DNA of 64,000 nt from Malacoraja senta (lineage: Eukaryota), in assembly GCA_038087875.1 (NCBI GenBank), contig CM075988.1, forward strand, positions 20,834,001 to 20,898,000, read 5' to 3'. The translations under genes and the position numbers were made by a program. The notes beneath the pieces are model-generated. The model did not search any database, was not told the origin of the DNA, and was given only the letters and a program-made list of their open reading frames with translations. Shown here one piece after another: positions 12,580 to 25,431 of the stretch (the stretch's first letter is position 1; each line of letters begins with the position of its first letter).

Positions 12580-13517
12580 AGACACAAAAAGCTGGAGTAA
12601 CTCAGCGGGTCAGACAGCATCTCTGGAGAGAAGGGAATAGGTGACATTTCGGGTCGGGACCCTTCTTCGGACATGTTATTGAACAGCAGCGGTATTATAC
12701 ACAGGCGTACACTGGCAAAGATTTTCCTTCACTTTTACAATCGTTTTTAGAACAAAATTTGGATCTAAAGATTCCCTTGAATTCCAACATCGAACAAAAT
12801 GAAATGAAATGAAGATAGAATGAGGGTGGTTGATGCTCAGTTTCGACTCTGTGAGCTGAATGGCCTGTTTCAACGCAACATAGAACAGTACAGCACAAGA
12901 ATATGAATTTTATGCAGCATGTTAACTGCCCTTTGGCCCAAGTCAGCTTTACTGACCAACAAGTTTTTGTTGTGGGATCAGGAGGTGAATGTGGTTTGGA
13001 GCGTTCAGCATCCTAACGTTGAAGTCATTCAGCCTGACACACATTTGCGTGATTAATGAAATGCTATTTCTGTCTGGCACTCCGTGAATGGGACAAATAT
13101 GAAACAGATGCAAACTATCAAAATAAATGAACACTGTAACAGCTTAGAAGCAGGAAAATAATTTTTTAGAAATCAACAATGTCTAAAGCAAATGGTTACA
13201 AAAACTCAACAGGAATTAAGTGGAAGTAGTTTTTTCACAGATAATAGTTATTTTTTTATCTCATTCACAACAAACGTCAATGAAATGGTTTTGTTTCCAG
13301 GCGCTCCTTGTTATCTTCACATGGAGCGATTAATTAGAGAATTCTGGATGTGTTGTTTGTTGAGGTTACCCAGAATTGGAGATCAGTGGTTGAAACGTTA
13401 AACCTTCTGTAACCTGAAGGAATTCAGAGACGGAGCAGGTTGACAACCAGGAAAAAACAAATTGTTCATGAAAATTAGGTGGGTGAACTCCACTTTACTA
13501 AAATGTCACCCCTTTAG

Positions 13518-14048
13518 AGAGGCTCAGAAGTAGAGATGCTGCCTTACAGCACCAGAGACCCGGGTTCGAGCCTGACTATGGGTACTGTCTATACAGTGTA
13601 CATTCTCCCTGTGACCTGCGTGGGTTTTCTCCGGGAGCTCAGGTTTCCTCCCATATTCCAGACGTATAGGTTTGGACGTCTTTTCTTAAAGGCCAAAGGC
13701 CTTTTCCGCTTAGTATCTCTAAACTAAACAAAACATCAAATTGCAGCAGAGAGGCGCAGAGGTGGAGTTACTGCCTTGCAGCACCAGAGATCCCGGTTCG
13801 ATCCTGACTACGGATGCTGTCTTAACGGAGTTTCTATGCTCTCCACGTGACTGCGTGGGTTTTCTCCGGGTGCTCCGGTTTCCTCCCAGACTCCAAAGAC
13901 GTACAGGTTTGTAGGTTGATTGGCTTAGGTAAAAATTGTAAACTGTCCCTAGTGTGTAGGATGGTGCCAGTGTGCGGGGATTGCTGGTCCACGAGGTGGG
14001 CCGAATGGCCTATTTCCACGCTGTGGCTCTCAACTAAACTAAACTAAA
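13518..14048 (+). mobile_element. Two tandem HE1-like V-SINEs (about 13518-13730 and 13750-14048)
   Basis: Two heads with gggttcgag/ggttcgatcc B-boxes, V-domains and (taaac)n tails. Confidence 0.85.
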
Positions 14049-14169
14049 AATGTGGAAAGATTACCTCATTGCAGATCTTCCCTTTTTTGTATTCTGCACT
14101 TTATTTTGTATCTATAACATTATATTTGGCACTCTGTTATCTTTCCGCACTATTATGGTTTAATCATAT

Positions 14170-14430
14170 TTAGTTTAGAGATACTGCGCGTAAACAGGCC
14201 CACCGGGTCCACTAGGGACAATTTTAACATTTACCAAGCCAATTAACCAACAAACCTGTACCTCTTTGGAGTGTGGGGAGGAACCTGAAGATCTCGGAGA
14301 AAACCTACGCAAATCACGGGGAGAATGAACAAACTCCGTACAGACAGAACCCGTAGTCAGGATCGAACCCGGGTCTCCAGCGCTGCTTTCGCTGTAAGGC
14401 AGCAACTCTACCGCTGCGTCACCGTGACCA
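14170..14430 (-). mobile_element. HE1-like V-SINE
   Basis: Full head to tail on the minus strand. Confidence 0.85.
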
Positions 14431-15047
14431 CCTCATGTATGGTTTGATGTGCCTGGATAGACTGAAACACACTCTCACTATTGATTTTTAACTATAATTG
14501 GCTACTGTAGATTGTAAATGGTCCCTAGTATGTAGGGTAGTGCTGGTGTACAGGATGACAGCCAGTCAGTGTGGAGCCGGTGGGCAGAACGTCCTCTTTC
14601 CGTGCAGTGTCTCTAAAGTGATGGTTTGTTAAAGAAGCAGTAAGAACAACACAATTTCAGACGAAATTAAGAATTGTTTAATCTGCTCATCAAAGCAACA
14701 GTGAATTTTATCAGTCAGGAAAGTTCCAAAAATTGCCTGGAAAGGTTCTGATGCTTGAAGTGAGATAATCCATTAATAGAATGAGTAAATTTAGTTGGAA
14801 TCTGCAGAGATCAATCTTTAAAGAAAATGTTTCGCAAGGATTCGCTTGGAATGACATTTTATCTTAAAGCAAATCGGTATTACAAAATAATGGAAATTTT
14901 CTGTGTAAGTGGGAGAAGCAAAGATGGAAATTATGTAAATCCATCGTCACAGTCATCCTTGCACCAAGCATTTTGTTCTGGTTGTTGTGAAATCAAATGG
15001 TAAAATTCATGCTAATATTGGCCCATTTTCAAACCAGAACCCTATGA

Positions 15048-15360
15048 TTTAGTTTTAGTTTTAGAGATACAGCACGGAAACAGGCCCTTCGGCCCACCGG
15101 TCTGCACCGACCAGCGATCCCCACACATTAACACCATCCTACACCCACTAGGAACAATTTTTACATTTACCAAGCCAATTAACCTACAAACCTGTACATC
15201 TTTGGAATGTGAGAGGAAAATGAAGAACTTGGAGAAAACCCCTGCAGGTCACGGGGAGAACGTACAAACTCCGTACAGACAGCACCCATAATCGGGATCG
15301 AACCCGGGTCTCCGGCGCTGCATTCGCTGTAAGGCAGCAACTCTACCTCTGCTCCACTGC
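15048..15360 (-). mobile_element. HE1-like V-SINE
   Basis: Full head to tail on the minus strand. Confidence 0.85.
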
Positions 15361-16374
15361 GATCTCCCATCCAGCATTCCATTCGAAGGGTCTCGACCCA
15401 AAACGTCACCCATCTCCAGAGATGCTGCCTGACCCGCTAAGTTACTCCAGCTTTTTGAGTCTATCTTTGGTGTAAACCAGCATCTGCAGTTCCTTCCTAC
15501 ACATTCCTTTTGAAGAAACTAACTGTAAAAGGATGGCAAACTCAAAATGCTGGAGTAACTGAGTGGGTCAGGCAGCATCTCTGGAGAACATGGATGGGTG
15601 ATGTCACGGGTCGGGACCTTTCTACAGACTCCCAACACGAAACATTGGGAGTCTTCTGGTCCTGACCTGAAACATCATCTATCCATGATCTCCAGAGATA
15701 CTGCCTGACCCACTCAGTTACTCCAGCACTTTGTGTACACAAGATACCAGCGTCGACAGTTCCTTAGAGTAAGTCATATAGTGTGGAAACAGGGCCTTCG
15801 GCCCAACTTGCCAATGCTGCCCGGCATGTCCTATCTGCACCAGTCCCACCTGCCTGCGTTTCGCCAATATCCCTCTAAATCTATCCTATCCATCCATCTG
15901 TCCAAATGTTTCTTAAACATTAATCCTTGTTTCTACAATTATAAAGGGATATTCGTCTTTTCGTTCATGGGTACCTCAGATTGTCTTGACTAAACGTCAA
16001 ACCAGTAGAGAAAATTGTTGATGGAACACAACAAATGGTGACGTACGTTTCAGTAGAAGTTTTGATGAAGAATGTAGAATATGTTCTAATGTTGCATAAA
16101 GAAAATGAGTCGCAGGTGAAGGAACTATGAAACAGACTAGTCCCAGAGATGGATGTAACAGGGAGGACAGGAGATTTTGCAGAAGGATGTGTTAGTCAAG
16201 CAGCTCCTCTGATATGTCATAGAGCAAATAACTGTCCATCACTGTATATGATATGCTATTTGAAAATCAAGAAGCTGAAAATCTGAAACAAAGGCAAAGA
16301 ATGCTGGAAATCAGTTTTAGTTTGAGTTTCAGTTTAGGGATACAGAGTGAAAACAGGCCCTTTGGCCCGTCAAG

Positions 16375-16632
16375 TCCACCCTTTCCAAAGCTTCCACATC
16401 TTTCCTGTAATGGGGGAACCAGAACTGCAAGCAATACTCCAAATCCAACCTAACCAAACTCTTATAGAGCTGCATAACAACTTCCTGACTCTTATATTCA
16501 ATGCTCCTAGCAATGAAGGCAAGCATGCAATATGCTTTCTTTACCTCCCTATCTACTTGTGCTGCCACCATAAGTGAGCTATGAACTTCCTAGATCCCTC
16601 TGCACTTCAATGCTGTTAAGGGTCTTGCCAAT
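16375..16632 (-). mobile_element. CR1-like LINE ORF2 fragment
   Basis: QVDREVKKAYCMLAFIARSIEYKSQEVVMQLYKSLVRLDLEYCLQFW. Confidence 0.85.
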
Positions 16633-16899
16633 ATTTAGAAATTATGCTGCAGAATTGAAAGAGGGAAAGATAGATCAGCCATGATTGAAGGGTAGAGTAG
16701 ATGAGCTGAATGGCCTAACACTGCTCCTAAGACTTAGGAACATATGAATCGGGGTCCATAATCCTTCATTCTTTCAACAATCATTAATCTTCGAAAAGGA
16801 AATAGGTTAATGCTTCCACCTAATCCAGAAACAATTATTTTCAGGTGAATAAATGTAGTGTTCACATTGCAAGATGTAATTCCACAGTAATTATCTTCA

Positions 16900-17101
16900 A
16901 GGGCCTGTCCCACTTGGGCGTCATTTACGTGACATCATTTACGCGTCACGACCACGACGTGCGCATGGTGTGCATTACGCGCGCATGGTGGCGTAGGCAG
17001 TGACGCGCGGTAGAGCGCGGCGCCCCAGGATTTTGGGATTCTCAAAATCCTCGTGCGCCACCTGCGTGACGTGCAAATGATGCCCAAGTGGGACAGGCCC
17101 T
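16900..17101. mobile_element. MITE family A (PIF/Harbinger-like)
   Basis: TIRs agggcctgtcccacttgggcgtcattt / aaatgatgcccaagtgggacaggccct; TSD TCA; CpG-rich interior. Confidence 0.85.
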
Positions 17102-17591
17102 TCAAACCTGCAGAATATTTGTGAATTTGATTGCAAAATGTTTCCTAAAGAGAGAATTCAAGCATTTTGGCCTCGATTGTTGAATGTCAGAGTGATGGAC
17201 AGCTTAAATAATCGCTGCACTTAATGTGCAAGTGTGTCCAGCCCCCAACTTTATTTAGGATTTATACACCAGTCAGGCTCTCCCTTTGCACTATTTTCAA
17301 ATGTTCCGTTTTAGAAATGTATTGGTGGTCTCTGGAAAAGGTGAGCAGCATTCCTGAAACACAGATGTATTTTGACTTGGGAATCTATTATATTCAGCCA
17401 GTTAATGCTTTTGAAGTTTAAAAGACAAAAGATAATTTGAGATGGATTTCTCACCTCATTCCCCCCGGTCTTTCTTTGCTCTCTGGGTGAATATTTGAGC
17501 TCCAAAAATAACACTTTGTCTCACTGTAAGAGGCTAGAATACTTCAAATTCAATTCACAAAGTATGAAAGGCAATCGAACTAGAACATTAA

Positions 17592-17907
17592 TAGCCCTGT
17601 CCCACTGTACGAGTTCGTTTAAGAGCTCTCCCGAGTTAAAAAAAAAAATCAAGCTCGTGGTAAGCACGTAGAATGTACGTAGCGGGTACGTCGGAGCTCG
17701 GGGACGTCTCTTAGCGGCTCGTAACGCTAACGGCAGGTACTCGGGAAACGCGGTAAGCTTGTGAAGACTCGTGAAGATTTTTCAACATGTTGAAAAATGT
17801 CCACGAGAGCCCAGAGTACCTACGAGCGGCCATTACCGTAAATCGAGTTCGAATCAGGGCAAACTCGGGAGAACTCTTGAATGAACTCGTACAGTGGGAC
17901 AGGGCTT
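17592..17907. mobile_element. MITE family B (PIF/Harbinger-like)
   Basis: About 46-bp TIRs (t/a)agccctgtcccactgtacgagttc...; TSD TAA; internal palindrome ttttcaacatgttgaaaa. Confidence 0.85.
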
Positions 17908-17957
17908 TAACTCTGTTTCTCTTCCCCCAGATGCTGCCCGACCAGCTAAGTATTTTC

Positions 17958-18328
17958 GAAGTATTTTTGGAGTACTGCTTGTTCCAAACATACACTGGCA
18001 TGATCCCCCAACTCTTTCTCCACAATATCAATAGCTCTTTGTCCTTTTGGCACCCACACACATTTTTCTTTCACCACTGGCCTTTGTTTAACAATTTGCC
18101 TATCAAAAGAGAACCCTCAATTTTGTTCACCTATTACTGGCCATGCCCTGTCCTGCCCCCTCCTCCCTTCCAGCTTTCTTTCCCTCCCTTCCTACAATCA
18201 GTCTGAAGAAGGTTCCCGACCCGAAGCGTCGCCTATCCACGTTCTCCAGAGATGCTGCCAGGACCAGTTGAGTTACTCCAGCACTTTGTACCTTGCTTTG
18301 GTGAACCAGCATGGACAGTTCCTTGTCA
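17958..18328 (+). mobile_element. PLE deletion derivative (putative RT remnant + pLTR)
   Basis: 12-bp TSD ctaagtattttc at 17946-17957 and 18329-18340; pLTR with ctgaagaaggttcccgacccgaagcgtc. Confidence 0.7.
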
Positions 18329-18681
18329 CTAAGTATTTTCTGCTTTTATTTCACACAATATTAGAGTTCAATAATGTTAAACTGTTCTCTTCTTCAGTTT
18401 CAACTCCTGCAAAAGACAGAAAGATCAATTAAATATTTAAAGATCTAACACTTCTTTGATATTGTCAATCCCTCGGGCACGTAAGATCCCCATGGAAATA
18501 TATGAAGATAGCTCGACATTTAACATTGATGAATCTTTGACTGATTGCAAGAACCAAGAAGGCAGCTCATCACGCAAAGTGCTCGAAAGAATAGACTTGA
18601 ACTGTTGACCTTGCCATATCATGTACCTTCCATGAGACAATAATAAAAATACTAATTCTAAACCATTTAGCAACCCATTTG

Positions 18682-18835
18682 CTGCACCATGCTCTATCTT
18701 TCTGTCTGAAGAAGGGTCCCTCCCGGAACGTCACCTATTCCTTTTCTTCAGAGATGCTGCCTGACCCGCTAAGTTACTGCAGCATTTGGTGTCTATCTTC
18801 GGTATAAACCAGCATCTGCAGTTCCTTCCAACACA
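18682..18835 (+). mobile_element. PLE-derived element
   Basis: 13-bp TSD agcaacc(c/a)atttg at 18669-18681 and 18836-18848. Confidence 0.75.
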
Positions 18836-19067
18836 AGCAACCAATTTGAAATGTTTGCCATGAATACTGTTTTATAGTGATGTTGAAGCAGCATTTAGAC
18901 ACAAGAATATGCAGGATGTGGAGGCATATAGATTATGCATGTGCAGGCAAATGGGATTAGTTTAAATTGGCATCAAGGTTAGCATGGAAATTGTGGGCCA
19001 AATGGCCTGTTCTGTGCTACTGTTCTATGTTCTATTCTCAAAAGTCAATTGAGGAATGAGTTAACAA

Positions 19068-19365
19068 AGAAACATAGAAAATAGGTGCAGGAGTAGGCCA
19101 TTCGGCCCTTCGAGCCAGCACCACCATTCAATATGATTATGGCTGATCATCCAAAATCAGTACCTCGTTCCTGCTTTCTCCCCATATCCCTTGATTCCGT
19201 TAGCCCTAAGAGCTATATCTAACTCTCTCCTGAAAACGTCCAGTGAATTGGCCTCCACTATCTTCTGTGGCAGAGAATTCCACAGATTCACAACTCTCTG
19301 GGTGAAAAAGATTTTCCCCATCACAGTCCTAAATGGCCGACCCCTTATTCTTAAACTGTGACCCT
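19068..19365 (-). mobile_element. CR1/HER1-like LINE 3' end
   Basis: GHSLRIRGRPFRT...FFTQRVVNLWNSLPQ...GYGEKAG plus 3' UTR and (tttctatg) tail. Confidence 0.9.
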
Positions 19366-20579
19366 GTGATAGATGTGACTGGAAGTTAACATCGATCACG
19401 TTCCACTCTCGTTCTGTACAGAAGTCCAAGTCTAACTTCAGATGACCTTTGTTAATGAGGTCAACCCCCGGGTCACGGTCGGTAAAGAGAAAATAATTAT
19501 GATGCCAGGAAGTGTGTCTTATCACTCAGTAGAGCTGAGGGCTAGACGAGTGTTCTGATTTAACATACTCTGTGGGAAGAAATCTTAACTGTGTGTTATC
19601 CAACCTGAGTCAGTCAACTTCACTCCATATACGGTTATGTAAGGCATTTGGAATCAAATAAATACTTCTTTAAATTATCTGAACATACCAGATCACTTTT
19701 AAGCTCATTATTGTGTTACAGAAACTGGCCATTCCGAGACAGTGCATCGCTACATTAACCCCAGCCTTATCTCACACCTCGCTTTGCATTTTCAAAATAC
19801 CTAGTTTAGAAAAAAAGATTAGTAAGAATTATCTGGAGATTAGTCAACATTAAAAAAAAATATTTTAAATTCCACGACACTGCCCGGTGATTTCTTCCCC
19901 AGCAGAATGTTCCAGATTTATCCTTCACTTTCCGTTCAATGTAAACTTGTTGCCCTGTCACAGCTCCTTGCAAACTCTTCACATTCCTCCAAAAATCTCT
20001 CTTCCCGATTTTAACTTTGCCCTTATTAGACGGTTACGTGACTAATTTACGTGAGGCCGCATTTTGTGAAATGCAATCCTGAGTTCATGGTTTTTTGTTT
20101 TTTTTTAAGTTGATAGTTGGCGTGTAGGAAGGAACTGCAGATGCTGGTTTAAACCGAAGATAGAACCTGGAGTAACTCAGCAGGACAGGCAGCATCTCTG
20201 GTGAAAATGGATGGTTCAATGGGACTTTAGTGTCACATGTACCAAGGTACGGTGAAATTCATTTTTGTACGCACTTGTCTAAAGTTGACGTTTCGGGATG
20301 GGACCCTCCTTCAGAAGGGCGTCAAAGGTTAGGGGAGAAGGCAGAAGAATTTGGTTGAGAGGGAAAAATAGATCAGTCATGATTGAATGGTATAGTAGAC
20401 TTAATGGGCTGAGTGGCCTCATTTTCCTATGTCTTATGTTCTATCATAATCAAGGACCTTTTTCACCCTTGTTATGCCCTCTTCTCACCTCTCCCATCAG
20501 ACAACAGATACAAAAGCTTGAAAGCACAAAACACCAATTTCAGAAGCAATTTCTTCCCCTCTTGATTGCCATTATTTTT

Positions 20580-20890
20580 TAGTTTAGTTTAGAGATACAG
20601 TGCGGAAACAGCGATCTCTTTGTCCCATCGAATCCGTGCCGACCAGCGATCCCCCGCATACTAACACTATCCTACCCACGAGGGACAATTTCCAATTTTA
20701 CAGAAGCCAATTAACCTACAAACCTGTACGTCTTTGGAGTGTGGGAGGAAACCGGAGCACCCGGAGAAAACCCACGCAGGTCGCAGGGAGAATGTACAAA
20801 CTCCATACAGACAGCACCTGTGGTCAGGATGGAATCTGGGTCTCTGGTGCTGTAGGGCAGGAGCTCTACCGCTGTGCCACCGTGCCACCC
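20580..20890 (-). mobile_element. HE1-like V-SINE
   Basis: Full-length, (gttta)n tail on the plus strand. Confidence 0.9.
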
Positions 20891-21379
20891 CTCAATACTT
20901 CTCAAGAAATCCTCCACCTGCTGAAGTCACATCTAACAACCTAAAGGCTGGTGGGGACTATTTGACATCTGCTTCCAATTTGTTTCTCTAAGTATTCCAT
21001 TCTTTGGCTTGAATTCATCGGCATTGTTTCGATTTTACCCACATTGTGATAATTGGGCCAACTATCAAGTAAATGTTTGAATCAAGGAAGATTCACAGCA
21101 TGAACACTTGCTTCTGAGGTTAGCTCATGCAATACTATTGAGCTGATGTATTTTATATTCTTTCCTATGTTTTGATATTCCGAGCCACAATTGCAAGATG
21201 GAATGTTCACTTAACGTTGTTTAGAAAATTATCTAGCACTTAGTAAGTCAATATTCTGTTGCTTCAAGTTAAACATCTGTAACTGATGGTAGAGTAGAAA
21301 CAGTAGTCAACATACTTCTCATGTGGAATCCTGTCTTAACGGAATCTATTTTCAGAGCTCGGCTCATTCCTCAAATGAT

Positions 21380-21585
21380 AGAAAAAGCTGGAGTAACTCA
21401 GCGGGTCAGGTGGCATCTCTGGAGAAAAGGAATGGGTGACGTTTCGGGTCGAGACCCTTCTTCAGACTGAGAGTCAGGGGAGAGGGAAGCTAGAGATATG
21501 AGAAGGTACAGAGAACGTATAAATGAAAGATATGCAAAAGGACAAATCAAAGCCAGCAAACGATGATCAAGGAGAGGTGGAGCCC
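21380..21585 (-). mobile_element. PLE pLTR fragment with intact hammerhead core (21438-21465)
   Basis: Reverse complement CTGAAGA-A-GGGTC-TC-GACCC-GAAA-CG-TC. Confidence 0.8.
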
Positions 21586-22619
21586 AAATTATTATTTTTC
21601 ACTGCAGATATTTTAACATCCTAGATGAATCTAACATTTCTCACTAATTTCAGCAATATGCTTAAGGACTGGTTTTAAGGATCTTGACATTTGGGAATAA
21701 GGTATACCTCATAATTCCACATATACCACAAACTTCCAATTAAATAGTTACTTGCGAAAGTTCTTTGGCCAAGTGGGAAATTCAATATTGATGTTAGGAG
21801 ATTGTAGGAAGTGGTAGACACTGCCTGGTACATCACAGGTACTGACCTATCCACCATCAAACTACCCACAGCACCTGTGATGGACCATGCGATTATGCTT
21901 TTTTATTTTTAACTCGAGTGTCTACATTTTTGCTATTTTATTCTATGTAAGGGCACCTCTAAAATTACAGCTAAATTAAACAAGGTTTCATTCTGTTGAA
22001 TATCCAAAATCGTTCCACATTCAGGAAGTTATTTCTGAAATTCATTTGCTGTTTATACATAAATGAACAACATCCAATCTCACTATCAGCAAGTGTAGGA
22101 AGGAACTGCAGATGCCAGTTTACACTGAAGATTGTTTTTTTTAGTGGGGGGAGTCGAAGGGGAATCTGTTGAGTGTGAGGATCAGCTCCGTCTGAAGAAG
22201 GGTCTCGACCCGAATTGTCACCTATTCCTCTTCTCCAGAGATGCTGCCTGACCCGCTGAGTTACCCCAAGGTTTAATTCTCTTTATGGTGAAATATTTTC
22301 TGAAAATACAGTATTTTCTCTATGCAAACACTTTCCACAACAACAAATGTAGGCAGGAAACAATTTGGGTACCTTCTGAACTGTGAAAAACGCAAATGCT
22401 TTTTACATAAAAATCTGATTGTTGAAATTCATTTAATAGAGCCATGAAGTGATTTACCTTTTTAAAATGTAAATTTAAACATCAAGCATGTTAGTCAAAT
22501 TATAGACTGTGACAATCCATGCAAAATGATCTGATGCATCACTGGAATCAGAGGTCAAAGTAACTTCAATCTCTTACCAGTGTGGCCACATTTATAATAT
22601 TGCTGGTTTAACACATTTG

Positions 22620-23185
22620 GCGTAGGTTTATTATTTTTACATGTACTGAGGTACAGTGAAAATCTTTGTTTTGTATACTATCCAAACAAATCAGATATAC
22701 CACACACAGATACAATCAATTTAAGCTGAAGTACAATAGATAGAGCAAAGTGGAAGATACAGAATGGAGAATATAGTTCTCAGCATTGTAGCGCATCAGT
22801 TCCAGAGACAAAGTTCAATGCATGCAATGGGATAGAGATGAACCAGACAGTACCCTAACTTACGGGAGAACTGTTCAGAAGCCTGACAACAGAGGGGAAG
22901 AAACTGTTCCTGAGTCTGGTGGTGCGTGCTTTTAAGCTTCTGCACCTTCTACTCGATGGGAGCAGGGAGTGGAAGGAATGACCAAGGTGGGACAAGTCTT
23001 TGATTATGTTGGCTGCTTTTCCGAGGCAGTGTGAAGTGTAGATAGAGTCAACGGTGGGAAGTCTGGTCTGTGAGATAGACTGGGCCACATCTGCATCTCT
23101 CTGCAATTTCTTGCGGTCTTGGGCAGAGCTGTCCCCAAACCAAGTTGTGATGTACCCCGACAGTATGCTTTCTCTGGTGCATTCT
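22620..23185 (-). mobile_element. Rex1/Babar-like LINE 3' part, old
   Basis: AQSISQTRLPTVDSIYTSHCLGKAANIIKD...LLPSSRRCRSLKARTTRLRNSFFP. Confidence 0.85.
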
Positions 23186-24194
23186 ATTGTTAGCCTAGTG
23201 CTTTTTCAGCAGAAGAAACAAATGCCAATGGCAGTGCGATTTAATTTGGGGATGATCATGGAGTGTTGAGTGTCTCGATGAGTTCACAGATGAGCTGCAG
23301 AGACAGGGAGAGGCCGGGGCGAGGGGGGGGGGGGGTGGGGTTGGAAACGGGTGAAGATTCTAAGATGGTGAAGTTGCTTAGCAGGCAGCCAGGGCAAGTT
23401 GGCACGAGCTAGGCCTGAGGCAGCAGGGTTTATGGAGAATACACTAAAGTGCAGCACTTCTGATAATAAATAGATCACCCTCACACCGTGTTCCGAATTC
23501 CAGCCACTATTGAAATATTTGATTGTACACATTTGCATAAGAAACAAAGCAGTTCCAAGAATTGAATTCTAAGGGTAAAAACTTGATAACCATCCATTAC
23601 AAGCAAGTCCGTAGAATCTGTTTTGCAAGCAGTCTTTGTATCATTACAACTGAGGCTGGCCTTGAATTATAGTCTTGGCAACATCATGAAAAAATGTCAG
23701 GCTGAAGATGGTATTACACTGATTGCCATTATTGTGTTGACAACTTAAAACAAAATCAAGAATGCTAACCCTCTTGTTGTGTTTAACTGGAGAACACCCA
23801 ACGTTCAATCATTTTAACCCACGTGTTCATAAGATCATAAGTAGAATTAGGCCATTCGGCCCATCAAGTCTACTCCGCCATTCAATCATGGTTGATCTAT
23901 CTCTCCCTCCTAATCCCATTCTCCTGCCTTCTCCCCATAACCCCTGACATTCGTGCTAATCAAACTGTTCTATTGTGCACTTTTGTGTTTATTTTATATC
24001 AGCTTTGCTGATCTCTCTTCTCGCATGCATAATGCTGAATTTTATGGTTATGAAGAATTACAGTGAGATCTTGATCAGCTGGTAGTTGGGCAGAGGAGCG
24101 GTGAATGGAATTTAATTCAGCTAACTGCGAGATGTTGCATTTTGGGAAGTCAAACCAAAGTAGGACTTTCTCGGTAAACAGTAGGGACCAGGGG

Positions 24195-24520
24195 ACCTCT
24201 CTCCCACCGGGCAAAAGGTATGGAAGTGTGAAAACACACACCTCCAGATTCAGGGACAGCTTCTTCCCAGCTGTTATCAAGCAATTGAATCATCCTACTG
24301 TAACTAGAGAGCAGTGCTGATCTACTATCTACCTCGGACTATCTTTGATCAGACATTGCAGGCTTTACCTTAGACTAAACGTCATTCCCTTATCAAGTAT
24401 CTATACACTAAATGGCTCGATTGTAATCATGTGTTGTCTTTCCGCTGACTGGATAGCACGCAACAAGAGCTTTTCACTGTACCTTGGGACACGTGACAAT
24501 AAAGTAAACTGAACTGACTG
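24195..24520 (+). mobile_element. Rex1/Babar-like LINE 3' end
   Basis: LPPGKRYGSVKTHTSRFRDSFFPAVIKQLN, 3' UTR ...gtgacaataaa and (aactg)n tail. Confidence 0.8.
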
Positions 24521-24849
24521 ATGTTGAGTGTTGTCAACCAATATATTAGGCAATGTGATGAGGCGTCCTCCCTTCCGGCCGCTCTGATCCCCAGCAGCTC
24601 CGACAGACAAGGCAGAGGAAGCCGACAATCAGCAACGCAAACAATAGCTGGCTCCTGGAAAACACCAGCACTCTGGAGTAAAGTGAGGCCACGGGCAAAC
24701 GACCCACAACTGGGGCCAATTGATGGTTATTGGATCAATTAATCCGATCCTCAGCCCTACCCCTTCATAACCTCAGGAGCTCCAGCCAGGAGGGAGAAGG
24801 AGATGGAGAAGGAGATGGAGAGAGATGGAGATGGAGATGGAGATCAAGC

Positions 24850-25250
24850 TGTTTGGCTGGACTTCCCCACTGATGACAAGGGACTGTGCCCTTGTGTGGA
24901 CCGGGACCTTTAAAATGTCAGTTGCAGGGACCACATCACCAACGGCCAGCTCTTTGGGGAGATTCCACCTCTGACCGAGAAGATCAGGTGGAGAAGGATG
25001 AGGCTCGCTGGTCACTGCCACCGCCAACGCCACCCAGAAATGACCAGCAAACAGGGTTGTGCTGTGGGAACCCACCCATGGAAGATGTGACCCGGGACGG
25101 CCGATCAAAACGATGCTGAAAACGTTGATGGAAGATGCACGTGTAGAGACAAAAGAGGAGCTTGCCAGCTGCATGGAGGACAGAGATGTGTGGTGCTTCC
25201 GTCACCGTGCCCGTCGGGAACCAGCACCACTGTCGCTAATGAATGAAGAT
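24850..25250 (+). mobile_element. RTE/RTE-X-like LINE C-terminal fragment, frameshifted
   Basis: NVSCRDHITNGQLFGEIPPLTEKIRWRRMRLAGHCHR / VLWEPTHGRCDPGRP...ELASCMEDRDVW matches the RTE-clade C-terminal pattern. Confidence 0.75.
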
Positions 25251-25431
25251 AAAGTCTATCGCGTGAATTCACCTTTTGATGAGTGCTGGTTAAGTCATTG
25301 CTGATCTGACGTCACGTCTGATGCCACAGATAGTCACAAGGAAGTTCTTTGGACCTAGTATTGAGTAATTGGAAAAGGTTAATTAATAATTTGATGGCTG
25401 AAGACTTTAAGGATGAGTGGTCACAATATGA

